DNA of 58,794 nucleotides from an uncultured bacterium. GTDB lineage: Bacteria > Zhuqueibacterota > QNDG01 > CAYUAG01. Position numbers and translations under genes: made by a program. Below, in pieces: positions 17,803 to 25,734 of this stretch; position 1 is the stretch's first letter; each line of letters starts with the position of its first letter. Below the pieces are notes generated by a model. The model searched no databases. It saw only the letters and a list, made by a program, of their open reading frames with translations, and had not been told where the DNA came from. Location: positions 1 through 58,794 of the forward strand of contig CAYUAG010000009.1 in NCBI GenBank assembly GCA_964442615.1, written 5' to 3'.

Positions 17803-19171
17803 AATGGTTAATAGAAAAATACTTGTAGTTGAAGATGATCCAATTCTTAGAAAATTTATTACTGATGTATTGGAAAAAAGAGGAGCTGAGGTAACTCGAT
17901 GTGAAAATGGAGAAAAGGCATTTAAAAAGATAAAGAGTAATTCATACCATTTGATATTAAGTGATTTAAAAATGGAAGGGATGGATGGTTTAGAATTACT
18001 TACAGAGACAAAAAAAATATCACCTTCAACAGAAGTAGTAATAATAACAGCGTATGGTACGGTTTCCAGTGCAGTCGAGGCAATTAAAAAAGGAGCTTTT
18101 GATTATATTACTAAACCCATAGAATTGGAAGAGCTTTATATAGTTTTAGATCGTGTGTTTGAGCATCAGAAACTTATTGATGAGAATAAATATCTAAAAG
18201 AGAGATTGAATAAAAATGATGCTACAAACAAAATTATTGGAAAGAGTCAAAAGGCTCAAAAAGTCAGAGAGCTTGTTGAAATGGTTGGGCCTCTTGATTC
18301 TACTATTCTCATACAAGGGGAAACAGGTACAGGTAAAGAAGTAATTGCTAATTCTATTCGCCAAATGAGTCCGAGAAAAGATGCACCCTTTATTAAAGTT
18401 AACTGTGCTGCTTTACCTGATACTCTTCTGGAGAGTGAGTTATTTGGTCATGAGAAAGGAGCTTTTACTGGTGCTATTCAAAAGTCTAAGGGGCGTTTTG
18501 AACTGGCAGATGAGGGCACTATTCTTCTAGATGAAATAGGTGAGCTTGGTCTTCAAGTTCAAGCTAAACTTTTACGTGTTCTTCAGTATCAACAATTTGA
18601 GCGGGTAGGAAGTGGTATAAGTATTAAAGTTGATGTACGTGTTTTAGCAACTACAAACAGAAATTTAAAAGAAGAAGTAAAAAAGGAAAAGTTTAGAAAA
18701 GATCTTTTCTTTAGATTGAACGTAGTTTCAATTACCAGTACTCCTTTACGTGAACGCAGAGAAGATCTGCCTTACTTTATTGAATATTTTCTACAAATGT
18801 ATAATAAAAAATATAATAAAAAGAAATCCCTTTCAAAAAAAGCCATGGAATTGCTGATTAAGTATGATTGGCCGGGAAATGTCAGAGAATTAGAAAACTG
18901 TATTGAGACTGCTATAATACTTAATCATGAGACAATTTTAGAACCTAAAACTTTTCTTTTTTTAGAGGAAAATCGGGATCTCCTGGAAGAAGGCAGTACT
19001 TTCAATTCCAATATGTCTATTGCTGAAGTAGAGAAACAGTTAATAATTAAAACTTATAGAAAAATGAATCATAATAAAACCCGTACTGCTAAAGTTCTTG
19101 GAATTACAATAAAAACTTTAAGAACAAAATTAAAAGAATATGGGGTTATAGAGTCTAAGAAAAAAGGGTAG
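17792..19171 (+). CDS. Sigma54-dependent response regulator, FleR/FlrC-like
   Basis: REC, GETGTGKE, ESELFGHEKGAFTGA, LLDEIGE, WPGNVREL and HTH. Position is directly before the flagellar genes. Confidence 0.92.
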   Translation: MRYKMVNRKILVVEDDPILRKFITDVLEKRGAEVTRCENGEKAFKKIKSNSYHLILSDLKMEGMDGLELLTETKKISPSTEVVIITAYGTVSSAVEAIKKGAFDYITKPIELEELYIVLDRVFEHQKLIDENKYLKERLNKNDATNKIIGKSQKAQKVRELVEMVGPLDSTILIQGETGTGKEVIANSIRQMSPRKDAPFIKVNCAALPDTLLESELFGHEKGAFTGAIQKSKGRFELADEGTILLDEIGELGLQVQAKLLRVLQYQQFERVGSGISIKVDVRVLATTNRNLKEEVKKEKFRKDLFFRLNVVSITSTPLRERREDLPYFIEYFLQMYNKKYNKKKSLSKKAMELLIKYDWPGNVRELENCIETAIILNHETILEPKTFLFLEENRDLLEEGSTFNSNMSIAEVEKQLIIKTYRKMNHNKTRTAKVLGITIKTLRTKLKEYGVIESKKKG

Positions 19172-19201
19172 AAAATACTCTTTAAATAGTGAAATATTTC
19201 C
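19167..19201. promoter_or_regulatory. Putative tandem bEBP enhancer sites
   Basis: GGTAGaaaATACT at 19167 and GTGAAataTTTCC at 19189, 22 bp apart, about 120 bp before the 19320 promoter. Confidence 0.5.
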
Positions 19202-19206
19202 TGGTT

Positions 19207-19248
19207 GGTCTTACCTTAATATTTTATATTAAGGTAAGACCTTTTTTT
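19207..19248 (+). terminator. Intrinsic terminator after the FleR-like gene
   Basis: Perfect 16-bp stem GGTCTTACCTTAATAT-ttt-ATATTAAGGTAAGACC followed by T7. Confidence 0.85.
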
Positions 19249-19319
19249 AAATTATTTTAAATTACTGATAATAAAATATTTATAAAACTCTAAATATTAA
19301 TTAGAGAATAGTGTATTGT

Positions 19320-19335
19320 TGGCATACCCCTTGCT
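19320..19335 (+). promoter_or_regulatory. Sigma54 promoter for fliE-flgD
   Basis: TGGCATACCCCTTGCT, near consensus. Confidence 0.85.
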
Positions 19336-19398
19336 TGAATTTTCTAATGGAATATTATAGATAATTAAGAAAGCCATAAAAATTATAAGGAGGAACAA

Positions 19399-19686
19399 GT
19401 GAATTCAATTTCAAATATTTCCGGTAAAAATCAAAATTCTGCATTTCCTATAAAAGAACCAGTACTGGTCGATAAAAATTTCAGTAAAACAATAAAATCA
19501 GCTTTACATGTGATTAATAATCTCATTCACGATTCTGGTGAAACTGTTAAGAAAATGTCTAAAGGAGAGATTAATGATATTCAAGATATGATGATAGCAG
19601 CTGAGAAAACCTCAATAGGTTTAGAATTAGTAGTTGAGGTCAGAAATAAACTGTTAGAATCATATTGCCATACATTGGGATTGTAA
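19399..19686 (+). CDS. fliE: Flagellar hook-basal body protein FliE with an aberrant C-terminus (possible pseudogene)
   Basis: F...K.A...N...GE..D..D.MIAAEK.SI.LE..VEVRNKLLESY is FliE-like. The usual QEIMRMQV-type end is replaced by CHTLGL. GTG start with AGGAGG RBS. Confidence 0.85.
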   Translation: MNSISNISGKNQNSAFPIKEPVLVDKNFSKTIKSALHVINNLIHDSGETVKKMSKGEINDIQDMMIAAEKTSIGLELVVEVRNKLLESYCHTLGL

Positions 19687-19803
19687 GTGTAATTTTTGTT
19701 TTAGTAATTTTGGGAGTTTTTGTAATGGATTTCATAGGTTCAGTAGAATCAAAGAATACAGTTGTCATGAAATATGTATATCAATAAGAGGAGGTGAGGT
19801 AAT

Positions 19804-20466
19804 ATGAGTACAGGACAGATCAATCAGGTAATTCAATCTCAACAGCAACAAATTAGTACGATTCAGTTCCAACAGTTAAGAAGATATACTTTTTTGAATC
19901 TTTTATTTACCCGGCTTAGTAATCAGAAGCCCCTTAATCTAATGGAAAATACAGAGTTTATTACTCAGTTGACAGAGATTAGTTCATTGGAACAATTGTA
20001 TTCAATCAATGAATCTTTGTTAGTAAGTCATAACATTAATAATTCAATTAATAGTTCATTGTTGACAAATTTACTCGGTAAAGGAGTTAAAGTAAAAAGT
20101 AATATTATCCACTATTCTGATGAATATACTCCTGGAATTGGGTATGATTTAGCAAAAAGTGGAAATATTTTTATACAAATATCTAATAGTTATGGAGAAG
20201 TAATTAGAAACATTGATCAGGGAATTCAAACTGCTGGTGAATATAGTGTAGAGTGGGATGGAAAAGATAAATCTGGAAATAAGGTAGAAGAAGGTAATTA
20301 TACCTTCAAAGTAGTAGTCCAGGATAGGGAAGGTGAGACCGAAGTAAGAGTTACATATTTAATTGGGAAAATATCAGGAGTAAAATTTAAAGATAGAAAT
20401 CAGGTTTTATTTATGGGAGATCAACCTGTTGATAGTTTAAAAATAATGTATGTTTGTATGTCTTAA
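19804..20466 (+). CDS. flgD: Flagellar hook-capping protein FlgD with degenerate motifs
   Basis: FLNLLFTRLSNQKPLNLMENTEFITQLTEISSLEQL resembles FL.LL..QL.NQDPL.P.D..EF..QLAQFS.LEQ. Ig domain WDGKDKSG....GNYTF. Confidence 0.88.
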   Translation: MSTGQINQVIQSQQQQISTIQFQQLRRYTFLNLLFTRLSNQKPLNLMENTEFITQLTEISSLEQLYSINESLLVSHNINNSINSSLLTNLLGKGVKVKSNIIHYSDEYTPGIGYDLAKSGNIFIQISNSYGEVIRNIDQGIQTAGEYSVEWDGKDKSGNKVEEGNYTFKVVVQDREGETEVRVTYLIGKISGVKFKDRNQVLFMGDQPVDSLKIMYVCMS

Positions 20467-20555
20467 ATTGTATTTTTAAATCTAATCTTAATTTTATCAT
20501 CCTCTCTTGTTTATAATCTTAAAAATTTTAATATTTTATTTTTTATTAATAATAA

Positions 20556-20590
20556 GTTAGAAAATACACCCCTAATAGTAAATTTTTAAC
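20556..20590. promoter_or_regulatory. Putative tandem bEBP enhancer sites
   Basis: GTTAGaaaATACA at 20556 and GTAAAtttTTAAC at 20578, 22 bp apart. 20555-20594 matches 19166-19205 at 28/40 positions without gaps. Confidence 0.45.
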
Positions 20591-20707
20591 TGGTCATTTT
20601 TTTATATTATATGTTAAGTGGTAAACAGTCTGTATTGTTGAGATTGTAAGTTTTTTAAATTTAAATAATTATATCACTCATAATATATTTTGTAATTGGT
20701 CTATTAT

Positions 20708-20723
20708 TGGCATATTGCTTGCT
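20708..20723 (+). promoter_or_regulatory. Sigma54 promoter for fliN
   Basis: TGGCATATTGCTTGCT (GG-N10-GC). Confidence 0.85.
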
Positions 20724-20846
20724 TAATAAAATATATTGGAAATAGAAATAGGGTAAAAAAATATTTAATGAGAAAAGTAACCAAGTAGTATAATTTCTTG
20801 CTTTTGGGAGTGAATGTTAGTGAAAAAATAAAAAGGAAATAAGACT

Positions 20847-21287
20847 ATGCAGAATATGGAAAATAAAAAGAAGAATATTGGAGAGAAGAAGAATAAAAAA
20901 CAGGATGTATTTTTTCAGAACAAAAAATTTACTACTATGGATGCAAAAAATAAGAAAGAAAATATAAACGAGCAGCAGTTTACTCTTGTTAACTTTAGTG
21001 AAAGAAAAGTTAAATCTGAAGATAATATTAATAGATTAATGGATCTGGAACTTCCTATATCGGTGGAATTAGGCAGAAAACGTTTGTTGGTAAAAGAGAT
21101 ACTTGAATTAGAACCTGGGGTAGTAATTGAGTTGAAAAAGTTTTCAGGTGAGCCCGTAGATATTTATGTTGATAATAAGAAGTTTGCAGAAGGGGAAGTA
21201 GTTAAAATAGAACAGAATTTTGGAGTAAGGATAACCGCCTTAGTGGGACCTGATGATCGGTTACCCAGGTTAGATAAGCATAAATGA
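20847..21287 (+). CDS. fliN: Flagellar motor switch protein FliN (SpoA domain)
   Basis: LMDLELPISVELGR...KEILEL.PG.VIEL.K..GEPVDIYV..K.FAEGEVV....NFGVRI. Confidence 0.92.
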   Translation: MQNMENKKKNIGEKKNKKQDVFFQNKKFTTMDAKNKKENINEQQFTLVNFSERKVKSEDNINRLMDLELPISVELGRKRLLVKEILELEPGVVIELKKFSGEPVDIYVDNKKFAEGEVVKIEQNFGVRITALVGPDDRLPRLDKHK

Positions 21288-21515
21288 GTTTAATTAAGTG
21301 AATATTTGGATTAGTAAAAAAAATATATTTTTTGATAAACTGAGTGTTTGTGTAGATTACCAAATTTCGGTTTAGTAACCAAAGTTAGAATGTTTATTTA
21401 ACGCAGAGTGCGCAGAGACAATTTAGTTTTTTTAGTATTGGTGGCCTTTGCGTTGAGAAGGAAATTTTAATAGATAAAACATATTATCATTTTTAGTTAG
21501 TTTTAAAATACAGTG

Positions 21516-21550
21516 ATTAATTATTTCCTAGTTAATAGGTAATTTTTTCC
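21516..21550. promoter_or_regulatory. Putative tandem bEBP enhancer sites
   Basis: ATTAAttaTTTCC at 21516 and GGTAAtttTTTCC at 21538, 22 bp apart, about 90 bp before the 21642 promoter. Confidence 0.55.
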
Positions 21551-21641
21551 AGTATTTTTTTACCATTTATCAGTTTTTAAAAAGTAATACTATATATTAA
21601 ATAATATTAAGGATTTAGAAAACATTAAAAAATTATTGAAA

Positions 21642-21657
21642 TGGCATGTCATTTGCT
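21642..21657 (+). promoter_or_regulatory. Sigma54 promoter pointing into the sensor-phosphatase array
   Basis: TGGCATGTCATTTGCT (GG-N10-GC). Confidence 0.82.
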
Positions 21658-21753
21658 TGTAGTAATAAATTGAGATGATGTTTTAAGAACAACCAAAAGT
21701 ATTCTGTAGTTGTAATTGATATTAATTAGAAGGTTCTTGAAAAAACCAAAATC

Positions 21754-22251
21754 ATGAATCCAGTTTTGATTTTAGAACATTCTCATGAGCAAGTTAGTAC
21801 TACCCTGAAGCAACAGAAAAAAGCAGTGGAAAACCAGAATAACATGGATGTGTGTCTCTGTGTTTTAGAGAAAAACGGTGGTCAGCAACTGTTATTTGCC
21901 GGAGCTAAGCGTTCCCTGTATATCATAAAACGAGGAGAGAATACACTAACTGAGATAAAAGGAGACCGAAAGTCCATTGGAGGAAGGCAGCGGGAGGAGG
22001 AGCGGGTATTTACCGGACATGAGCTTAAGGTTCGGAAAGGAGACAGGTTATACTTAACCACAGACGGATTTGCTGATCAGCAGAATTCAAAGAACAGACG
22101 ATATGGATCAAGACGGCTGAAAACTTTTCTACAGTCAGTTTCTGAGCTGGAGATGCAGGAGCAGGAGAAAGTATTAGCTCAGGAATTAGCCAGACATCAG
22201 GGTAAGGAGGAACAGCGGGATGATATTACGGTGGTAGGGGTGAAGATATGA
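21754..22251 (+). pseudogene. Array unit A0: C-terminal fragment of a SpoIIE/PP2C phosphatase
   Basis: Starts mid-domain at the internal Met of the paralogs' KIMNP. Lacks VSGDFY and DCTGHG, and DGMD has become NNMD. The 3' half is nearly identical to the paralogs (TTDG, RDDITV). Confidence 0.85.
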
Positions 22252-22269
22252 ATAACAGAATGAACAAGA

Positions 22270-25200
22270 GTGAAATATACAGGGAATCTGTTTGGAAGAG
22301 AACAAAGCTGTTCAATTTTTTTTTATTGTACGATTTTAATGATGAAAAGGAGTAATGTGATGATGTTATGTTCAAGATTATTTTTACAATTAAAACTAAA
22401 ACTACAATTAGTATGTGTTGTATTTGTAATTAGTTTACCTGTTGTACTGTTTTCAGAAAATAATATCCATTTTGAAAATATTTCTGTTGAACAGGGGCTT
22501 TCTCAAATTTCAGTCAATTGTTTGCTTCAGGACAGGAATGGATTTATGTGGTTTGGAACCCTAGATGGACTCAATAAATATAATGGCTATAACTTCAAAA
22601 TTTATCAATATGAGATAAAGGACCCCAGTACATTATCTCATAACTCTATACTTTCAATCTTTGAAGATCGATCCGGTTTGATATGGATTGGTACGGATGG
22701 GGGCGGTCTTAATAGATATGATCCTAAAACAAATCAGTTTAAACATTATAAATATGATCCCCAAAATGCTCATAGCATCAGTGATAACAGGGTGACTGCC
22801 ATATTTGAAGACAAATCGAATATACTCTGGATTGGAACAATAAATGGCCTCAATAAATTTGATCCCAAAGAACAGCAGTTCTTTCGTTATTTCCATGATC
22901 CAGAAAATACCAACAGCCTGGGGAATAATTATATTCAATGTTTATGTGAAGTCCAAACAGGTGACATCTGGATTGGAACAGGTGGCGGTGGGATATCTGT
23001 CCTGAGTCGGAATAACCAAGGTAAAGATCAGTTTACCCATATCAAACGGGATCCAAAAAATCTCAGCAGTTTGATCAATAATACTGTTAACTCAATTCTT
23101 CAAGACAACACGGGGATGATATGGATCGCAACTAATGGAGGACTGGATAAATATGATCCGGGAAAAAAACAATTTACCCATTTCCAAAATGATCCAGACA
23201 ATCCCAAAAGCCTGATTAATAATACTGTTAACTCAATTCTTCAAGATAGCACAGGGATGATATGGATCGGAACTAATGGAGGACTGGATAAATATGATCC
23301 AGGAAAAGAACAATTTGTCCACTATATGGATGAATCTTTTTCTATCACAACATTTTGCAAGGATAGAACAGGTGTTCTTTGGATAGGGACCATTGGCAGT
23401 GGGATCTATAAATTTTATAGAGAAAAAGAAAATTTTCTCCATTACAATCGAGATCTTTCTGATACCAATAGCTTGATCAGCAATGTGGTATGGTCTTTTT
23501 GTGAGGATAGCCGGGGAATACTATGGATTGGAACTGTGAGTGGACTGGATCAATTCGATCGTTCTAAAAACCAATTCATTCACTATACAAATGACCCTCA
23601 AAATCCAAACAGTTTGAGTAACAATGATGTCAGATCAATCCATGAAGATCAAAGTGGAGCCCTTTGGATCGGAACCAGCGGAGGGGGGCTGAATAAACTG
23701 AACAGAGACCGAAACCAATTTAAAAGATTTCTGAATAATCCCCGTAATCCCACCAGTTTGAGTCATAATTTTGTCTCAATAATCTTTGAGGATAGAAAAA
23801 AAATGTTATGGATTGGAACCTACGGTGGTGGTTTGAATAAATTTGATCGACACAAAGGAGAGTGTACCCGTTATGTGAAAGATCCAAATGATATCAATAG
23901 TCTGGCACACAATTATGTTAATGTCATTTATGAAGACCGTACCGGGAAACTCTGGATCGGCACCCGCGGTGGGCTGGATAAATTTGATCAACAGAACAAC
24001 TGTTTTATTCACTACAAAAATGACCCGGATAATCCCAATAGCCTGAGTTATAATTTGATTTTTTCTATCCTTGAGGACCAATCAGGTATGTTGTGGATCG
24101 GGACATATGGAGGTGGATTAAATAGATTAAATCCCAGAACAGAAACATTTACTCATTTCACAGAAAAGGATGGGCTTCCAAATGATGCTATTTATGGGCT
24201 TCTTATGGACAAAGCTGGAAATATTTGGATAAGTACAAATAATGGGTTGTCACAATTTAATCCAGAAACACAAATATTTAAAAATTTTAATATAAGCGAC
24301 GGACTGCAAAGCAAGGAATTTGATAGAGGAGCATATTATAAAAGCATAAGAACGGGAGAAATGTTTTTTGGTGGCGTTAATGGTTTTAATGCATTTTTTC
24401 CTGATAAAATTAAAGATAATCCATTTATTCCTCAGATTGTCATAACGGATTTTAAGTTATTCAATACATCTGTTTTGATTGGAGAAAAGATTGATGATCG
24501 AATCATCTTGACGAAAAGCATAACAGAAACAGACAAGATTGAAATCTCTTACAAACAAAATGTTTTATCCTTTGAGTTTGCCGCGTTACATTATATCTCC
24601 CCGGAAAAAAATCAATATGCATATATGATGGAAGAACTGGATAAGGATTGGAATTATGTGAACAACCGGCGATTTGCCTCCTATACAGGTATTCCTCCAG
24701 GTAAATACACTTTCAGAGTTAAAGCCTCCAATAATGATGGGGTGTGGAATGAAAAGGGAGCATCCATTAAAATAACCATTACTCCTCCTTTTTGGCAGAC
24801 CTGGTGGTTTCGAACTTTGATAGCAATTTTTATTATAGGAATTGCTTTCAGCTGGTATAAGATGAAAGTTAGAAACCTGGAAAGACAGAAACAGAAACTT
24901 GAAAAGCAGGTTAAGGAGAGGACTACCGAAATTCGACATAAGAATAAACAACTTGAGAAAAAGAATGAGCAGATCTTAAGCAGCATCCGCTACGGAGAGC
25001 GTATTCAGAATGCTATTTTACCCCTGACTGAAAAGATACGATCTTCTATACCTCAACACTTCATTCTTTATAAACCAAGAGATATTGTCTCCGGTGATTT
25101 TTACTGGTTTAATCAAATTGATGGGAAGATAGTATTAGCTGTGGTAGACTGTACTGGTCATGGAGTACCAGGAGCCTTCATGTCAATGATGGGTAATGCT

Positions 25201-25734
25201 TTTTTGAATGAAATAGTTACTGAACAAAAGATCATGAATCCCTCTTTGATTTTAAAACGTCTTCATGAAGAGGTCCGTACTGCTTTAAAGCAGAAACAAG
25301 AGAAGGTTGACACCCAGGATGGTATGGATGTGTGTCTCTGTGTTTTAGAGAAAAACAGTCACACCCAAAAGCTTTTATTTGCGGGAGCCAAGCGTCCGCT
25401 CTTTGTTTTCAAAAAGGGAGAGTCTAAACTTACTGAAGTTAAAGGAGACCGCAAATCAATTGGGGGAAAGCAGCGGGAGGAGAAGCGGGAATTTACCGGA
25501 CATGAGCTTAAGGTTCGGAAAGGAGACAGGTTATACCTGACCACAGACGGATTTGCTGATCAGCAGAATTCAAAGAACAGACGGTATGGATCAAGACGGC
25601 TGAAAACTTTTCTACAGTCAGTTTTTGAGCTGGAAATGCAGGAGCAGGAGAAAGTATTAGCTCAGGAATTAACCAGACATCAGGGTAGAGAGGAGCAGCG
25701 GGATGATATTACGGTGATGGGGGTGAGGGTGTGA
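22270..25734 (+). CDS. Array unit A1: Reg_prop beta-propellers, Y_Y_Y, TM, SpoIIE/PP2C phosphatase
   Basis: Repeated D..G.LWIGT.GGL..FD blades, YTGIPPGKYTFRVKASNNDGVW, PPFWQTWWF plus TM, VSGDFY, DCTGHG, DGMD, TTDG, RDDITV. True start is probably downstream of the GTG. Confidence 0.92.
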   Translation: MKYTGNLFGREQSCSIFFYCTILMMKRSNVMMLCSRLFLQLKLKLQLVCVVFVISLPVVLFSENNIHFENISVEQGLSQISVNCLLQDRNGFMWFGTLDGLNKYNGYNFKIYQYEIKDPSTLSHNSILSIFEDRSGLIWIGTDGGGLNRYDPKTNQFKHYKYDPQNAHSISDNRVTAIFEDKSNILWIGTINGLNKFDPKEQQFFRYFHDPENTNSLGNNYIQCLCEVQTGDIWIGTGGGGISVLSRNNQGKDQFTHIKRDPKNLSSLINNTVNSILQDNTGMIWIATNGGLDKYDPGKKQFTHFQNDPDNPKSLINNTVNSILQDSTGMIWIGTNGGLDKYDPGKEQFVHYMDESFSITTFCKDRTGVLWIGTIGSGIYKFYREKENFLHYNRDLSDTNSLISNVVWSFCEDSRGILWIGTVSGLDQFDRSKNQFIHYTNDPQNPNSLSNNDVRSIHEDQSGALWIGTSGGGLNKLNRDRNQFKRFLNNPRNPTSLSHNFVSIIFEDRKKMLWIGTYGGGLNKFDRHKGECTRYVKDPNDINSLAHNYVNVIYEDRTGKLWIGTRGGLDKFDQQNNCFIHYKNDPDNPNSLSYNLIFSILEDQSGMLWIGTYGGGLNRLNPRTETFTHFTEKDGLPNDAIYGLLMDKAGNIWISTNNGLSQFNPETQIFKNFNISDGLQSKEFDRGAYYKSIRTGEMFFGGVNGFNAFFPDKIKDNPFIPQIVITDFKLFNTSVLIGEKIDDRIILTKSITETDKIEISYKQNVLSFEFAALHYISPEKNQYAYMMEELDKDWNYVNNRRFASYTGIPPGKYTFRVKASNNDGVWNEKGASIKITITPPFWQTWWFRTLIAIFIIGIAFSWYKMKVRNLERQKQKLEKQVKERTTEIRHKNKQLEKKNEQILSSIRYGERIQNAILPLTEKIRSSIPQHFILYKPRDIVSGDFYWFNQIDGKIVLAVVDCTGHGVPGAFMSMMGNAFLNEIVTEQKIMNPSLILKRLHEEVRTALKQKQEKVDTQDGMDVCLCVLEKNSHTQKLLFAGAKRPLFVFKKGESKLTEVKGDRKSIGGKQREEKREFTGHELKVRKGDRLYLTTDGFADQQNSKNRRYGSRRLKTFLQSVFELEMQEQEKVLAQELTRHQGREEQRDDITVMGVRV

